A stretch of 64,000 nucleotides of DNA from Candidatus Krumholzibacteriia bacterium (GTDB lineage Bacteria; Krumholzibacteriota; Krumholzibacteriia; LZORAL124-64-63), in contig JAZBOO010000280.1 of assembly GCA_036351155.1 (NCBI GenBank), positions 1 through 64,000 of the forward strand, read 5' to 3'. Below are positions 1 through 10,252 of the stretch, piece after piece (the stretch's first letter is position 1; each line of letters starts with the position of its first letter). Below the pieces are notes generated by a model that had not been told where the DNA came from, searched no databases, and was given only the letters and a program-made list of their open reading frames with translations. The translations under genes and the position numbers were made by a program.

Positions 1-202
1 CCTGGGGTTGCTGGGCAGTGCCGATGTGCAGCAGGTGATCGTCCAGTTGCTCCCGGATGATCAACCCTACGAGGACTTCGGACACATCGACATGTGGACG
101 GCGACCGATGCCCCGCAATTGATCTGGCACCCGCTGTTGCAGTGGCTCATGGGTCACGGTGCCGAGAGAGATGAAAACCCCTATCCGGCCATGGCCCACT
201 GA
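1..202 (+). CDS. C-terminal fragment of a probable alpha/beta-hydrolase (5' truncated by window edge)
   Basis: Frame open from window start; FGHIDMW...IWHPLLQWL resembles the catalytic-His C-terminal segment of lipase-like alpha/beta hydrolases. Confidence 0.55.
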   Translation, partial: LGLLGSADVQQVIVQLLPDDQPYEDFGHIDMWTATDAPQLIWHPLLQWLMGHGAERDENPYPAMAH

Positions 203-221
203 AAATCCTCAGTTTGACCTC

Positions 222-254
222 AGCCCCTGTCAGCTTGTTCTGGCGGGGGCTTTT
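222..254 (+). terminator. Rho-independent terminator
   Basis: AGCCCCTGTCAG / CTGGCGGGGGCT stem with G-U pairs followed by TTTT, ~20 nt after the stop codon. Confidence 0.6.
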
Positions 255-412
255 CATCAGCCGGCCGGATAAGGAAGGGCAAACCACGGCTCCGTGCGTG
301 CAGGTTGATCTTCAGAGAGCCTTTGTTGGTGGACGCGGGAACCTGTTGGACCTATCGTTTTATACTCTTTCCCGTGACAACAGCTATTCCGGTTCAGCGA
401 AAGGTCCCGCCA

Positions 413-1392
<980 letters not shown>

Positions 1393-1396
<4 letters not shown>

Positions 1397-2289
1397 GCGA
1401 ATCCCTGCTCAGCCCGGAACTGATTGGCCGTCTGGGGCGCCTGGACCTGGTGGCGCGCCTGGTGGTCGAGGGTTTCCTGACGGGAATGCACAAATCCCCC
1501 TATCACGGGTTCAGCGCCGAGTTCGCCGAGTATCGTCAGTACATCGCCGGAGAGTCGACGGCCCACATCGACTGGCGGTTGTACGCCAAGTCGGACCGCC
1601 ACTACCTGAAGGTTTTCACCGAGGAGACCAACCTGCGGGCCACCCTGCTGGTCGACTGCTCGGCCAGCATGGATTTCACAGCCGACGATAACCGGCCCTC
1701 CAAGAAGTCCTATGCGGCCTATCTGGCCGCGGCCCTGACCTACCTGTTGCTGCACCAGAACGATGCGGTGGGTCTGGTCACCTTCGACGAGAAACCTCTG
1801 GACATGGTCCCGACCCGCAGCATGCGCAAGCAGCTTTTTCAGGTGCTGAAGGTTCTGGACAAGCTGCCCGAGGGGCGCGGCACCAAGCTGGGCGATGTTC
1901 TGCACCAGGTGGCCGAACGGATCGGGCGGCGGGGCCTGGTGCTCCTGTTCTCCGACCTGATGGATGACCCCGAAGCGGTCCTCCAGGGATTGAAACATTT
2001 CCGACATCGCGGCCACGAGGTCGTGGTTTTCCAGATTCTGGATCCCCGGGAACGGGACCTGGCCTTTTCCGGCGAGGTGGAATTCACCTCCCTGGAAGAG
2101 CCGGGACAGAAGGTGCGGATCGAACCGGCCCACCTGGCCGAGGGCTACCGGCAAAGCTTCACCGCCTGGCAGGACAACCTGCGGCGCGAGTGTCGCCGGC
2201 AGATGATCGACCTGGTGGAGATCACCACCGACAGCCCCTTCGAAAAAGGGCTGGGCGCCTACCTGCAAAAACGACGGCGGCTGTACTGA
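1393..2289 (+). CDS. DUF58 domain (VWA-like) protein
   Basis: G.H.SPYHGFSAEFAEYRQY...IDWRLYAKSD, DCSASM MIDAS-like motif; overlaps moxR stop by 4 nt. Confidence 0.92.
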
Positions 2290-4439
2290 TGCCTGTGGTT
2301 TTCAGCAACCCGGCCCTGCTTCTGGGTGCCCTGGCGGCCGGTGTGCCGGTGCTCATCCATTTTCTCAGCCTGCGCAAGGTGCGCCAGCAACCCTTTAGCG
2401 ACCTGCGCTTCTTGACGGAGGTTCAGTCGCGTCAGGCCCGCAGCCTGGGTGTCCGGCGCTGGCTGCTCCTGCTCATGCGCGTGCTTGCCATTTTGCTGAT
2501 CGCCCTGGCCGTGGCTGGTCCTCGCTGGGGAGGCATGGTCACCGCGGGGCAGGGCGCGCGCTCGCTCCTGTTCGTGATCGATACCAGCGCCAGCATGAAC
2601 ACCCAGACCGACCAGGGGACCCGCCTGGATCAGGCTCTGGAAATTTGCCGCCACATGATGGACTCCCTGCCGGACCAGACCACGGTGCAGGTGATCACCT
2701 CGGGCAGCCGGACCGAGGCTCTGTTCGGTGACTGGCTGCCCGTCGGGGTGGGAGCCAGGCAAGGACTGGCGGCTGTACTGCCCTCGGATGGGACGTTCTC
2801 CCCGGCAGCGGTGCTGCGCCTGGCGGCCGATCAGGTGGTGCGGGCTCCGGCGGCCCAGGTCCAGATGATCTGGATCGGGGATCTTCAGGAACCCGCTCTC
2901 GACGCGGCGGTGGAACAGGCGGCAGCTCAGCTGAACAGCTCCGGCCGGGTGCAACACCTGGTCCGGCCGGTGGGTCAGGCCGCTCCTGGTGGCGGCATCC
3001 TGGCGGTGACCCTGCCTCGCCGTGCGGTCCAGACCGGCGAAAATGTTTCCCTGGCCGCCAGCGTGACCACACACACTCCCGAGGAGGTCCTGGTCCTGGA
3101 ACTGGATGGACGTCCGGTGGCCGAAGCCGTGGTGCCGACCGTTTCCTCCACGCCCGTCCTGGTGCCATTCACCTTGCCGGTGCCCGCGCCGGGGTTGCAC
3201 CGGGGCCTGGTGCGCAAGCAGAGCGACCTGTTTCCCACCGATGATCAGTATCCCTTCGTTCTGGAAGTTCCCGAGAGTCTGGAGGTCCTGATCGTCCATG
3301 GACGCAACCGGGCCATCGACGGCACCGGTGGCCGCGGGGGCTGGCGCTTCCTGGCCGAAGCCCTGGCTCCGGGCGCGGGTGACCAGCTGCTGAAGGTCAC
3401 GGCGGTGGAATCGGGCAACCTGACCACCGGCGATCTGGAGCGCCATGCGGTCGTGTATTTCGTGGATCCGGATCCTCTGGGTCGTCGGGCCCAGGAAGGC
3501 ACGCTGGACTGGTTGAAGAATGGCGGGGCGGGATGTTTCCTTCTGGGCGAACCGGTGCAGGCAGGATATTACGCTTCGACCTTGCTGCCGGCTCTTGGCT
3601 GGCCCGGCCCCATCCAGGACACTGGCGCCGACTCGGCACCGGGGCAAAGTCAGCGTGCCCGGGTGATCGACCCCGCCCATCCCATTTTCACGGGCCTGGA
3701 TGAAGAGGCGCTGGGCACCCTGGCCGATGTGGAGTGGCGGCGGTGGTTCCGCCTGCAAGAGTCCGCAGGGGCCGTACTGATGGCCACCACTGACGATTCA
3801 CCCCTGCTTCTGACCAGCAACCTGGGGCAGGGGCGGGTGGCCGTGTTGCCCTGGCACCTGAACCAGGGAAGCAACGCCCTGGCCACCAGCCCCATGGCCT
3901 TGCCGCTTTTTCAGCGGCTGACGCTCTGGCTGGCCGGGCGAGGGGGATTGGCCGCGGGGGTCAACACCACCGTGGGAACCCGCAGCCGTGTGGTGCCCCG
4001 GCTGGCGGCCGATGGACGGGCCTTGGAGCGCACCGCAGAGTTGAAGGCCGTTGCGGACCGGGGCAACCTGAGCCAGGCGGCTGATCTGGTTTGGAAGGGG
4101 CGTATTCCCTATCTGACCGGTCCGGTGATCGATCGCGCGGGGTTCACCGCCTTCCTGGCGGGCTCCGACACGGTGGGCCTGGTGGCGGGAACCGTTCCCC
4201 CGGTGGAATCGGCGATCGAAGTTCTGACTGCCGAGCGCTGGGCTGCCCTGATGAACGGGTGGGGTCTGGCCGATCCCATGACCCTGGCCGGCGGGGATCG
4301 GAACGATCTGGACGATCTGGGCCAGCTGATGGCGGGCCGCTCCCTGGCTCCCTGGTTGTTCCTGGTCGCCATCCTCCTGCTGCTCGGGGAGCTGTTCGTG
4401 GCCCGGGGGACGGGGTCCGTTTCTGCCATTTCCGGTTGA
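2289..4439 (+). CDS. BatA-domain / VWA membrane protein
   Basis: N-terminal BatA motif (FSNPALLLGALAAGVPVLIHFL...PFSDLRFL), VWA DTSASM, C-terminal TM; TGATG coupling to the DUF58 gene. Confidence 0.85.
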   Translation: MPVVFSNPALLLGALAAGVPVLIHFLSLRKVRQQPFSDLRFLTEVQSRQARSLGVRRWLLLLMRVLAILLIALAVAGPRWGGMVTAGQGARSLLFVIDTSASMNTQTDQGTRLDQALEICRHMMDSLPDQTTVQVITSGSRTEALFGDWLPVGVGARQGLAAVLPSDGTFSPAAVLRLAADQVVRAPAAQVQMIWIGDLQEPALDAAVEQAAAQLNSSGRVQHLVRPVGQAAPGGGILAVTLPRRAVQTGENVSLAASVTTHTPEEVLVLELDGRPVAEAVVPTVSSTPVLVPFTLPVPAPGLHRGLVRKQSDLFPTDDQYPFVLEVPESLEVLIVHGRNRAIDGTGGRGGWRFLAEALAPGAGDQLLKVTAVESGNLTTGDLERHAVVYFVDPDPLGRRAQEGTLDWLKNGGAGCFLLGEPVQAGYYASTLLPALGWPGPIQDTGADSAPGQSQRARVIDPAHPIFTGLDEEALGTLADVEWRRWFRLQESAGAVLMATTDDSPLLLTSNLGQGRVAVLPWHLNQGSNALATSPMALPLFQRLTLWLAGRGGLAAGVNTTVGTRSRVVPRLAADGRALERTAELKAVADRGNLSQAADLVWKGRIPYLTGPVIDRAGFTAFLAGSDTVGLVAGTVPPVESAIEVLTAERWAALMNGWGLADPMTLAGGDRNDLDDLGQLMAGRSLAPWLFLVAILLLLGELFVARGTGSVSAISG

Positions 4440-4523
4440 AAAACCTCCACTTTCTTTTAGCTTTCAGGTACCAGACGGTTGGCCGGATGTTCCGGCCGGC
4501 CCTGATCCAAGGAGCCCTCCGCC

Positions 4524-5429
4524 ATGTGGAACTATTCCGATAAAGTTTTTGACCATTTCATGAATCCCCGGAATGTCGGCGAGGTGGAGAACCCCGATGG
4601 GATCGGCGAGGTGGGGAGCATGGCCTGCGGGGACGCTCTGCGCTTGAGCTTTCGACTGGATGACCAGGGGCGCATTGCCGAGGCCAAGTTCCAGACCTTC
4701 GGCTGCGGCAGCGCCATCGCCAGCAGCAGCGTGCTGACCGAGATGCTCATTGGCAAGACACTGGAAGAGGCCGCCCGGATCACCAACGAGGACATCGCCG
4801 AGGAGCTGGACGGCCTGCCCCGCGAGAAGATGCACTGCTCTGTGATGGGCCGTGAAGCCCTCGAAGCGGCGATGATCGACCACTACAAGCGGCTGGGCCG
4901 CGGCGTTCCCTGCCATCTCCTCCAGCAAGAAACCATTCTCTGTCATTGTTTCCAGGTGACCAAGGATACCGTCCGGGAAGCCATCTACCGGCATCGCCTC
5001 GAAGAGATCGAGGATGTGACCAACTTCACCAAGGCCGGCGGCGGCTGCACCGACTGCCACCATGACATCTCCGACATTTTGCGTGATTGCTGGGACAAGA
5101 TCGCCAGAGGTGAAGCGCCCGAATACAAGGACGAGGGCCTGATCCAGCTGGAGGACCTCAGCCCCGGGGAGACGGCTCCGGCCGCCACGGAAGAGGACGA
5201 GCTGGTCACCCGGATCAAGGAGCATCTGGCCAACGACGTTTCGGTGGCTCTGCGCAACGATGGGGGCGACATCGAGTTCGTGCGGTTGCAAGGCAGCCAG
5301 GTCTTCGTGCGCCTGACCGGGGCCTGTGCGGCCTGTCGCGCCAGCGAGGCCACCATCAAGGGCTATGTCGAGGCCCAGCTGAGGGAATTTGTCCGGGACG
5401 ACCTGGAAGTCATCGAGGTGGACAACTAA
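4524..5429 (+). CDS. nifU: Fe-S cluster scaffold NifU (IscU + BFD-like 2Fe-2S + Nfu domains)
   Basis: MWNYSDKVFDHFMNPRN, ACGD, FGCGSAIASSS, KMHCS; CHC...GGGCTDC; DGGDIEF...GACAAC. Confidence 0.93.
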   Translation: MWNYSDKVFDHFMNPRNVGEVENPDGIGEVGSMACGDALRLSFRLDDQGRIAEAKFQTFGCGSAIASSSVLTEMLIGKTLEEAARITNEDIAEELDGLPREKMHCSVMGREALEAAMIDHYKRLGRGVPCHLLQQETILCHCFQVTKDTVREAIYRHRLEEIEDVTNFTKAGGGCTDCHHDISDILRDCWDKIARGEAPEYKDEGLIQLEDLSPGETAPAATEEDELVTRIKEHLANDVSVALRNDGGDIEFVRLQGSQVFVRLTGACAACRASEATIKGYVEAQLREFVRDDLEVIEVDN

Positions 5430-6652
5430 TGAGTACCGGATTTAACATGATGGAGGGGCTGCCCCCCCGCCCCGAACAGGGAATCTACCTGGACAACAAC
5501 GCCACCACCGCGGTGGCGCCCGAGGTCCTGGATGTGATGATGCCCCTGCTGACCCAGAACTACGGCAATCCCTCGAGCATGCACAGCTTCGGCGCCGTGG
5601 CCGGCGATGCGGTGGCCCAGGCCCGTGAACAGGTGGTCGCCTTGCTGGGGGCTGCGGCCACCAACGAGATCGTGTTCACCGGAGGCGGCAGTGAGAGTGA
5701 CAACCTGGCCATCGTGGGTACGCTGCGGGCCTACCCCGAGAAGAAGCACCTGATCACCACCGAGGTGGAACACCCCGCCGTGCTGGGCCTGTGCCGGGAT
5801 CTGGAAAAGCGGCACGGCTACGAGGTGACCTACCTGGGTGTGGACGAGAATGGCCACCTGGACCCTCAGCACCTGCGCGATGCCCTGCGCGAGGACACCG
5901 CCGTGGTGTCCATCATGATGGCCAACAACGAGACCGGGGTGCTGTTCGATGTCGATGCCCTCGGGCAGATCGTCAAGGAGAACGGCAGCGTTTTCCACGT
6001 GGACGGCGTGCAGGCGGCGGGCAAGCTGGCGCTGGATATGCAGGCCTCGTCCTGCATCGACCTGTTTTCCATATCCGGGCACAAGCTGCACGGGGCCAAG
6101 GGTGTGGGTGCCCTTTACGTGCGCAAGGGCACCAAGCTGCGGCCTCTGATCGGGGGCGGACACCAGGAACGCGGACGTCGGGCCGGCACCGAAAACACCC
6201 CCGGCATCGCCGGCATGGGTGCGGCTTGCACCCTGGCGGCGGCCAACATCGCCCACGAGAACACCGTGGTCCGCGGCATGAGGGACCGTCTGGAGCAGGG
6301 CCTCCTGGAGGCCATCCCCGACAGCCGCCGCAACGGTGACGCGGAGTTCCGTCTGCCCAACACCACCAATATCAGTTTCGAGTTCATCGAGGGCGAAGGC
6401 ATCCTGCTGTTGCTGGATCGCCTGGGTGTGGCCGCCAGCAGCGGGTCGGCCTGCACCAGCGGCAGCCTCGAGCCCAGCCACGTGCTGCGCGCCATGGGCC
6501 TGCCCTTCACCCAGGCCCACGGGTCCATCCGGTTTTCCCTTTCGCGTTACAATCGCCCCGAAGAAATCGAGTACGTGATCAAGGCCCTGCCCCCCATCAT
6601 TGCCCGACTGCGCATGATCACGCCCTTCAATGCCGAAAGGGCGACGTTCTAG
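5429..6652 (+). CDS. nifS: Cysteine desulfurase NifS/IscS type
   Basis: IYLDNNATT, SGHKLHG (PLP Lys), SSGSACTSGSLEPSHVL (catalytic Cys); TAATG coupling to nifU. Confidence 0.93.
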   Translation: MSTGFNMMEGLPPRPEQGIYLDNNATTAVAPEVLDVMMPLLTQNYGNPSSMHSFGAVAGDAVAQAREQVVALLGAAATNEIVFTGGGSESDNLAIVGTLRAYPEKKHLITTEVEHPAVLGLCRDLEKRHGYEVTYLGVDENGHLDPQHLRDALREDTAVVSIMMANNETGVLFDVDALGQIVKENGSVFHVDGVQAAGKLALDMQASSCIDLFSISGHKLHGAKGVGALYVRKGTKLRPLIGGGHQERGRRAGTENTPGIAGMGAACTLAAANIAHENTVVRGMRDRLEQGLLEAIPDSRRNGDAEFRLPNTTNISFEFIEGEGILLLLDRLGVAASSGSACTSGSLEPSHVLRAMGLPFTQAHGSIRFSLSRYNRPEEIEYVIKALPPIIARLRMITPFNAERATF

Positions 6653-6656
6653 GAAA

Positions 6657-9600
6657 ATGATGAACGCATCGCACTCCTCGTGCAGTGGGCCCACAGGTCT
6701 GCTGCACGATGCCTTTCTGGACCAGGTGGCCGGCGAGGGCCTGTTCGAGGCCGTCGCTGCGGTGGATGCCGTCCTGCGCCATCATCGAGAAGACCCTCTT
6801 CTTCTTTCTGGACTGCAAAGCGGGGCCCAGGCCCTGCTGCTGGCGGCCTGGGGCTTGAAGTCCGGCCGCTCGGGCCTGGTCGTCGCCCCGGATCGGGAAA
6901 CGGCCGCCCAGCTGGCCGATGATCTCGAGGTGTGGCTGGGCTCGGAGCAGGTGATCTATCTGCCTCAGGAAGAAGTCCTGGCCTTTGACCACAGCTCGCC
7001 CGAGCCCGCCCTGGTGGGTGATTTCCTGGAAGGGCTGTTGCGTCTGCAGAACCAGCAGAAGGCCCTGGTGGTGACTTCGCTGTACGGGATGCGGCAGCGG
7101 GTCATGGCCCCGGGCACTCTGGAGAAGGCCACCCTGCGCCTGAAGGTGGGCCAGCAGGTCGACATGGACGATCTGGGCCAGGCCCTGGCCCAGCGCGGTT
7201 ATCGACCGGCGGGTATGGTCTCCCGGGTGGGTGACTTCGCCCGGCGCGGCGGCCTGCTCGACATCTTTACCCCCGGCGCCCAGCCCCTGCGGATCGAGTT
7301 CTTCGACGATGAAATCGTCTCGGTGCGCGTATTCGACGTGGAAAGCCAGCGGACCATCGAACGGGTGGACGAGGCGGTCATCCTGCCGGTGAGCATGCTG
7401 CTGCTGGATGACGACGCGGTGCTGGCCTGCCTGGGCAAGGTCGAACAGGCCATGTCCGAAGAGGACGCCCAGGAGGTGGACCCTGATTTCCTGATCGACC
7501 TGGAGGCACGCCTCGAGGACCGGCTGGTGGATGACGGTCTGGAATCGTTCCTCCCCTGGCTGGGTCCCACCGCCACGGTGAGCGACTACCTGCCCGAGGG
7601 CACGCCTGTTTTCTGGATCGATCCGGTGCGCCTGAACAGCCAGACCGAATTGCTGGAAGAAGAATTGCCCCGGTTGCGCAAGGGCCGCCTGGCCAAGGAG
7701 CCCATCCTGCCCAGGGTGGCCGAGCTGGTGACCCCTGTCGACCAGCTGGATCGACCCGGGCGCAACAACGTGTTCGTGGCCGAATCCTGGATCAAGGGTG
7801 ATGTGGCCGGCTACTGGCTGGATTCTCATCCCGGCGAGTTTCTGGAGTACCGGACCACGGGCCAGGAGTTGCGGGGCGGTGACGTGGCCCAGCTGGCGTC
7901 CGAGCTGAAGAAGCGGGAAGAAGAGGGGCAAACCGTTCTGATGCTGTGCGACAACGCCGGCCAGGCGGGCCGCCTGACTGAACTGCTCGAGGAGATGGAC
8001 GAGACGCTGGATCTGGCCCGGCCTCGGGTGGCCAGCCTGGGTGCCGGATTCAGCTGGCCGGAAATTGGTGTGTCCGTCATCACCGACCACGAATTTTTTC
8101 AGCGTTACCGACGGCCCACCAAGGTGCGGCACCGCAGCAGCGGTCTGGTCAAGGAGCGGGCTTCGCTCAAGCCCGGCGAGTTCGTGGTCCACCTGGAATA
8201 TGGCATCGGTCACTACAAGGGTCTGCAGGTCATCACCGTCGAGGGTGTGGAACGCGAGTGCCTGCGGGTCGAGTATGCCGAGGGCGGCCAGGTGTACGTC
8301 CCGGTCGAGAACATCGACCAGGTGGAAAGGTACAGCTCGGACCAGGGAGCCAATCCACCCCTGGCCAAGCTGGGCTCGGGCAGCTGGCTCAAGGTCAAGG
8401 GGCGGGCCCGCAAGGCCATCAAGGCCATGGCCGCCGAGCTGATCGAACTTTATGCCGCGCGCGAGGCCCGCCCCGGGCACGCTTTCCCGGCCGATTCCCA
8501 TCTGCAAAAAGCTCTCGAGGAATCTTTCCTGTTCGAAGAAACCCCCGACCAGCTGACCGCCATTGCCGACGCCAAGCAGGACATGGAAAGCGCCCAGCCC
8601 ATGGACCGCCTGGTCTGCGGCGATGTGGGCTTCGGCAAGACCGAGGTGGCGTTGCGGGCCGCCTTCAAGGCCGTGGACGCGGGCAAGCAGGTGGCCGTTC
8701 TGTGCCCCACCACCCTGCTGGCGGTGCAGCACGGCGAGACGTTTTCCGAGCGTTTCCGCGATTTTCCGGTGCGGGTGGAAACCCTGAGCCGTTTCAAGAC
8801 CACCGCCGAGGCCAAGCAGCTGCTGGCCGAGTGTGCCGCCGGCAAGGTCGATGTGCTCATTGGCACCCATCGTCTCCTGTCCCGCGATGTCCGGTTCAAG
8901 GACCTGGGCCTGCTGGTGGTGGACGAGGAGCAGCGTTTTGGCGTGAAGCACAAGGAGCGGATCAAGGAGATCAAGCGTCAGGTTGACGTGATGACCCTGA
9001 GCGCCACGCCCATTCCACGCACCCTGTACCTGGCCCTGATGGGGGCCCGAGACATGAGCCTGATCAACACCCCACCGCGCGACCGTTTGCCCATCCACAC
9101 CGAGCTGTGTGCGTTCAGCAAGCAGACCCTGGTCGAGGCCATCCTGCGTGAGATGCACCGCGGCGGACAGGTCTTCTTCGTGCACAACCGGGTGCAGACC
9201 ATCGAGGGGACGGCCCAGCTGATCAAGCAGCTGCTGCCCAACGTGAGGGTGGCCTGGGCCCACGGGCAGATGAAGGAAGATCGGCTCGAGTCCATCATGA
9301 CCAGGTTCCTGAATCATGAATTCGATGTGCTGGTGGCCACGGCCATCATCGAATCGGGTCTGGACATGCCCCGGGTGAACACCATCATCATCGACCGGGC
9401 CGATCGCTTCGGTCTGGCCCAGCTTTACCAGCTGCGGGGCCGCGTGGGGCGCAGCAATCACCGGGCGTTCGCCTATCTGATGACCCCGCCCGGGGAGCGT
9501 CTGACCCCGGAGGCCCGTCGACGGCTGGCCGCCCTCGAGGAGTTTCAGGCACTGGGCTCGGGATACCACATCGCCATGCGGGATCTGGAAATCCGGGGGG

Positions 9601-10250
9601 CCGGCAACCTGCTGGGCGAGGAACAGCACGGGCACATGGAGGCCATCGGTTTCGATCTGTACTGCCGTCTGCTGGAGGAAACGGTGGCGGAACTTCGAGG
9701 CGGTGGTGGTGTTGCACCGCTGGATGTGAAGGTCGACCTGCGTCTGAGCGCCTATCTGCCTGACAGTTACGTGGGCGATCCCCAGCAGAAAATGGACCTC
9801 TACCGCCGTCTGGCGCGATTGCGCAAGGTGGGAGCCTGTCGGCGGATTGCCGAGGAGTTCAAGGACCGCTACGGTCCGCTGCCCCCGGCGGTCGAACATC
9901 TGGTGGCCATCCAGGAGCTGAAAATCCTGGCCGGGTCCCTGGGAGTCGAGGAAATCAAGGGAAGCCGTCAGGGGCTAGATTTCTTTTTCGCTGGCGGTCA
10001 GGAACCCGAACCCGCTATAATTCAGGGTTTGATGGGCTCGGGGCACCCTCCCACGCGCGAGGGGACTTCACCGGCATTCCACCCAGGCCTCAAGTTCCGG
10101 GCGGTCGACCAGCTGATCATGAGCGTTCCCGCGGCCAGGGAGGAGTTCCTCTCGGTGGCGGCGGCCATGTTGCGCCGGGTGGCCGAACTCAAGAAAATCG
10201 TCGCCGACCGTACAGCACCGTCGGCCCGTTTTGTCAAAACCGAGGAGTGA
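6657..10250 (+). CDS. mfd: Transcription-repair coupling factor
   Basis: RGGLLDIF, CarD-like VVHLEYGIG, DRLVCGDVGFGKTE, DEEQRFGV, QLRGRVGRS, RDLEIRGAGNLLG. Confidence 0.97.
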   Translation: MMNASHSSCSGPTGLLHDAFLDQVAGEGLFEAVAAVDAVLRHHREDPLLLSGLQSGAQALLLAAWGLKSGRSGLVVAPDRETAAQLADDLEVWLGSEQVIYLPQEEVLAFDHSSPEPALVGDFLEGLLRLQNQQKALVVTSLYGMRQRVMAPGTLEKATLRLKVGQQVDMDDLGQALAQRGYRPAGMVSRVGDFARRGGLLDIFTPGAQPLRIEFFDDEIVSVRVFDVESQRTIERVDEAVILPVSMLLLDDDAVLACLGKVEQAMSEEDAQEVDPDFLIDLEARLEDRLVDDGLESFLPWLGPTATVSDYLPEGTPVFWIDPVRLNSQTELLEEELPRLRKGRLAKEPILPRVAELVTPVDQLDRPGRNNVFVAESWIKGDVAGYWLDSHPGEFLEYRTTGQELRGGDVAQLASELKKREEEGQTVLMLCDNAGQAGRLTELLEEMDETLDLARPRVASLGAGFSWPEIGVSVITDHEFFQRYRRPTKVRHRSSGLVKERASLKPGEFVVHLEYGIGHYKGLQVITVEGVERECLRVEYAEGGQVYVPVENIDQVERYSSDQGANPPLAKLGSGSWLKVKGRARKAIKAMAAELIELYAAREARPGHAFPADSHLQKALEESFLFEETPDQLTAIADAKQDMESAQPMDRLVCGDVGFGKTEVALRAAFKAVDAGKQVAVLCPTTLLAVQHGETFSERFRDFPVRVETLSRFKTTAEAKQLLAECAAGKVDVLIGTHRLLSRDVRFKDLGLLVVDEEQRFGVKHKERIKEIKRQVDVMTLSATPIPRTLYLALMGARDMSLINTPPRDRLPIHTELCAFSKQTLVEAILREMHRGGQVFFVHNRVQTIEGTAQLIKQLLPNVRVAWAHGQMKEDRLESIMTRFLNHEFDVLVATAIIESGLDMPRVNTIIIDRADRFGLAQLYQLRGRVGRSNHRAFAYLMTPPGERLTPEARRRLAALEEFQALGSGYHIAMRDLEIRGAGNLLGEEQHGHMEAIGFDLYCRLLEETVAELRGGGGVAPLDVKVDLRLSAYLPDSYVGDPQQKMDLYRRLARLRKVGACRRIAEEFKDRYGPLPPAVEHLVAIQELKILAGSLGVEEIKGSRQGLDFFFAGGQEPEPAIIQGLMGSGHPPTREGTSPAFHPGLKFRAVDQLIMSVPAAREEFLSVAAAMLRRVAELKKIVADRTAPSARFVKTEE

Positions 10251-10252
10251 CA

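Noticed and set aside
270..345. GGGCAAACC resembling the start of a c-di-GMP-I riboswitch upstream of moxR
   Set aside because: Lacks the GNRA-capped stem and the adjacent GGGACGCAAAGC element
305..412. Longer N-terminal extensions in the ORF track (moxR, BatA, mfd, rsmA, OMP, secD, priA, peptidase, 'AsnB-like')
   Set aside because: Downstream starts have an RBS or stop-start coupling and match family N-termini better
4524..6652. Nitrogen fixation cluster
   Set aside because: No nifH/D/K/E/N/B in the window; nifUS alone does not indicate diazotrophy
6627..9899. 1090-aa minus-strand ORF, and similar ones at 32950-35970, 28099-30171, 50092-52419 and 55895-58087
   Set aside because: Antisense shadows of well-supported + strand genes, expected with high GC3; no recognisable motifs
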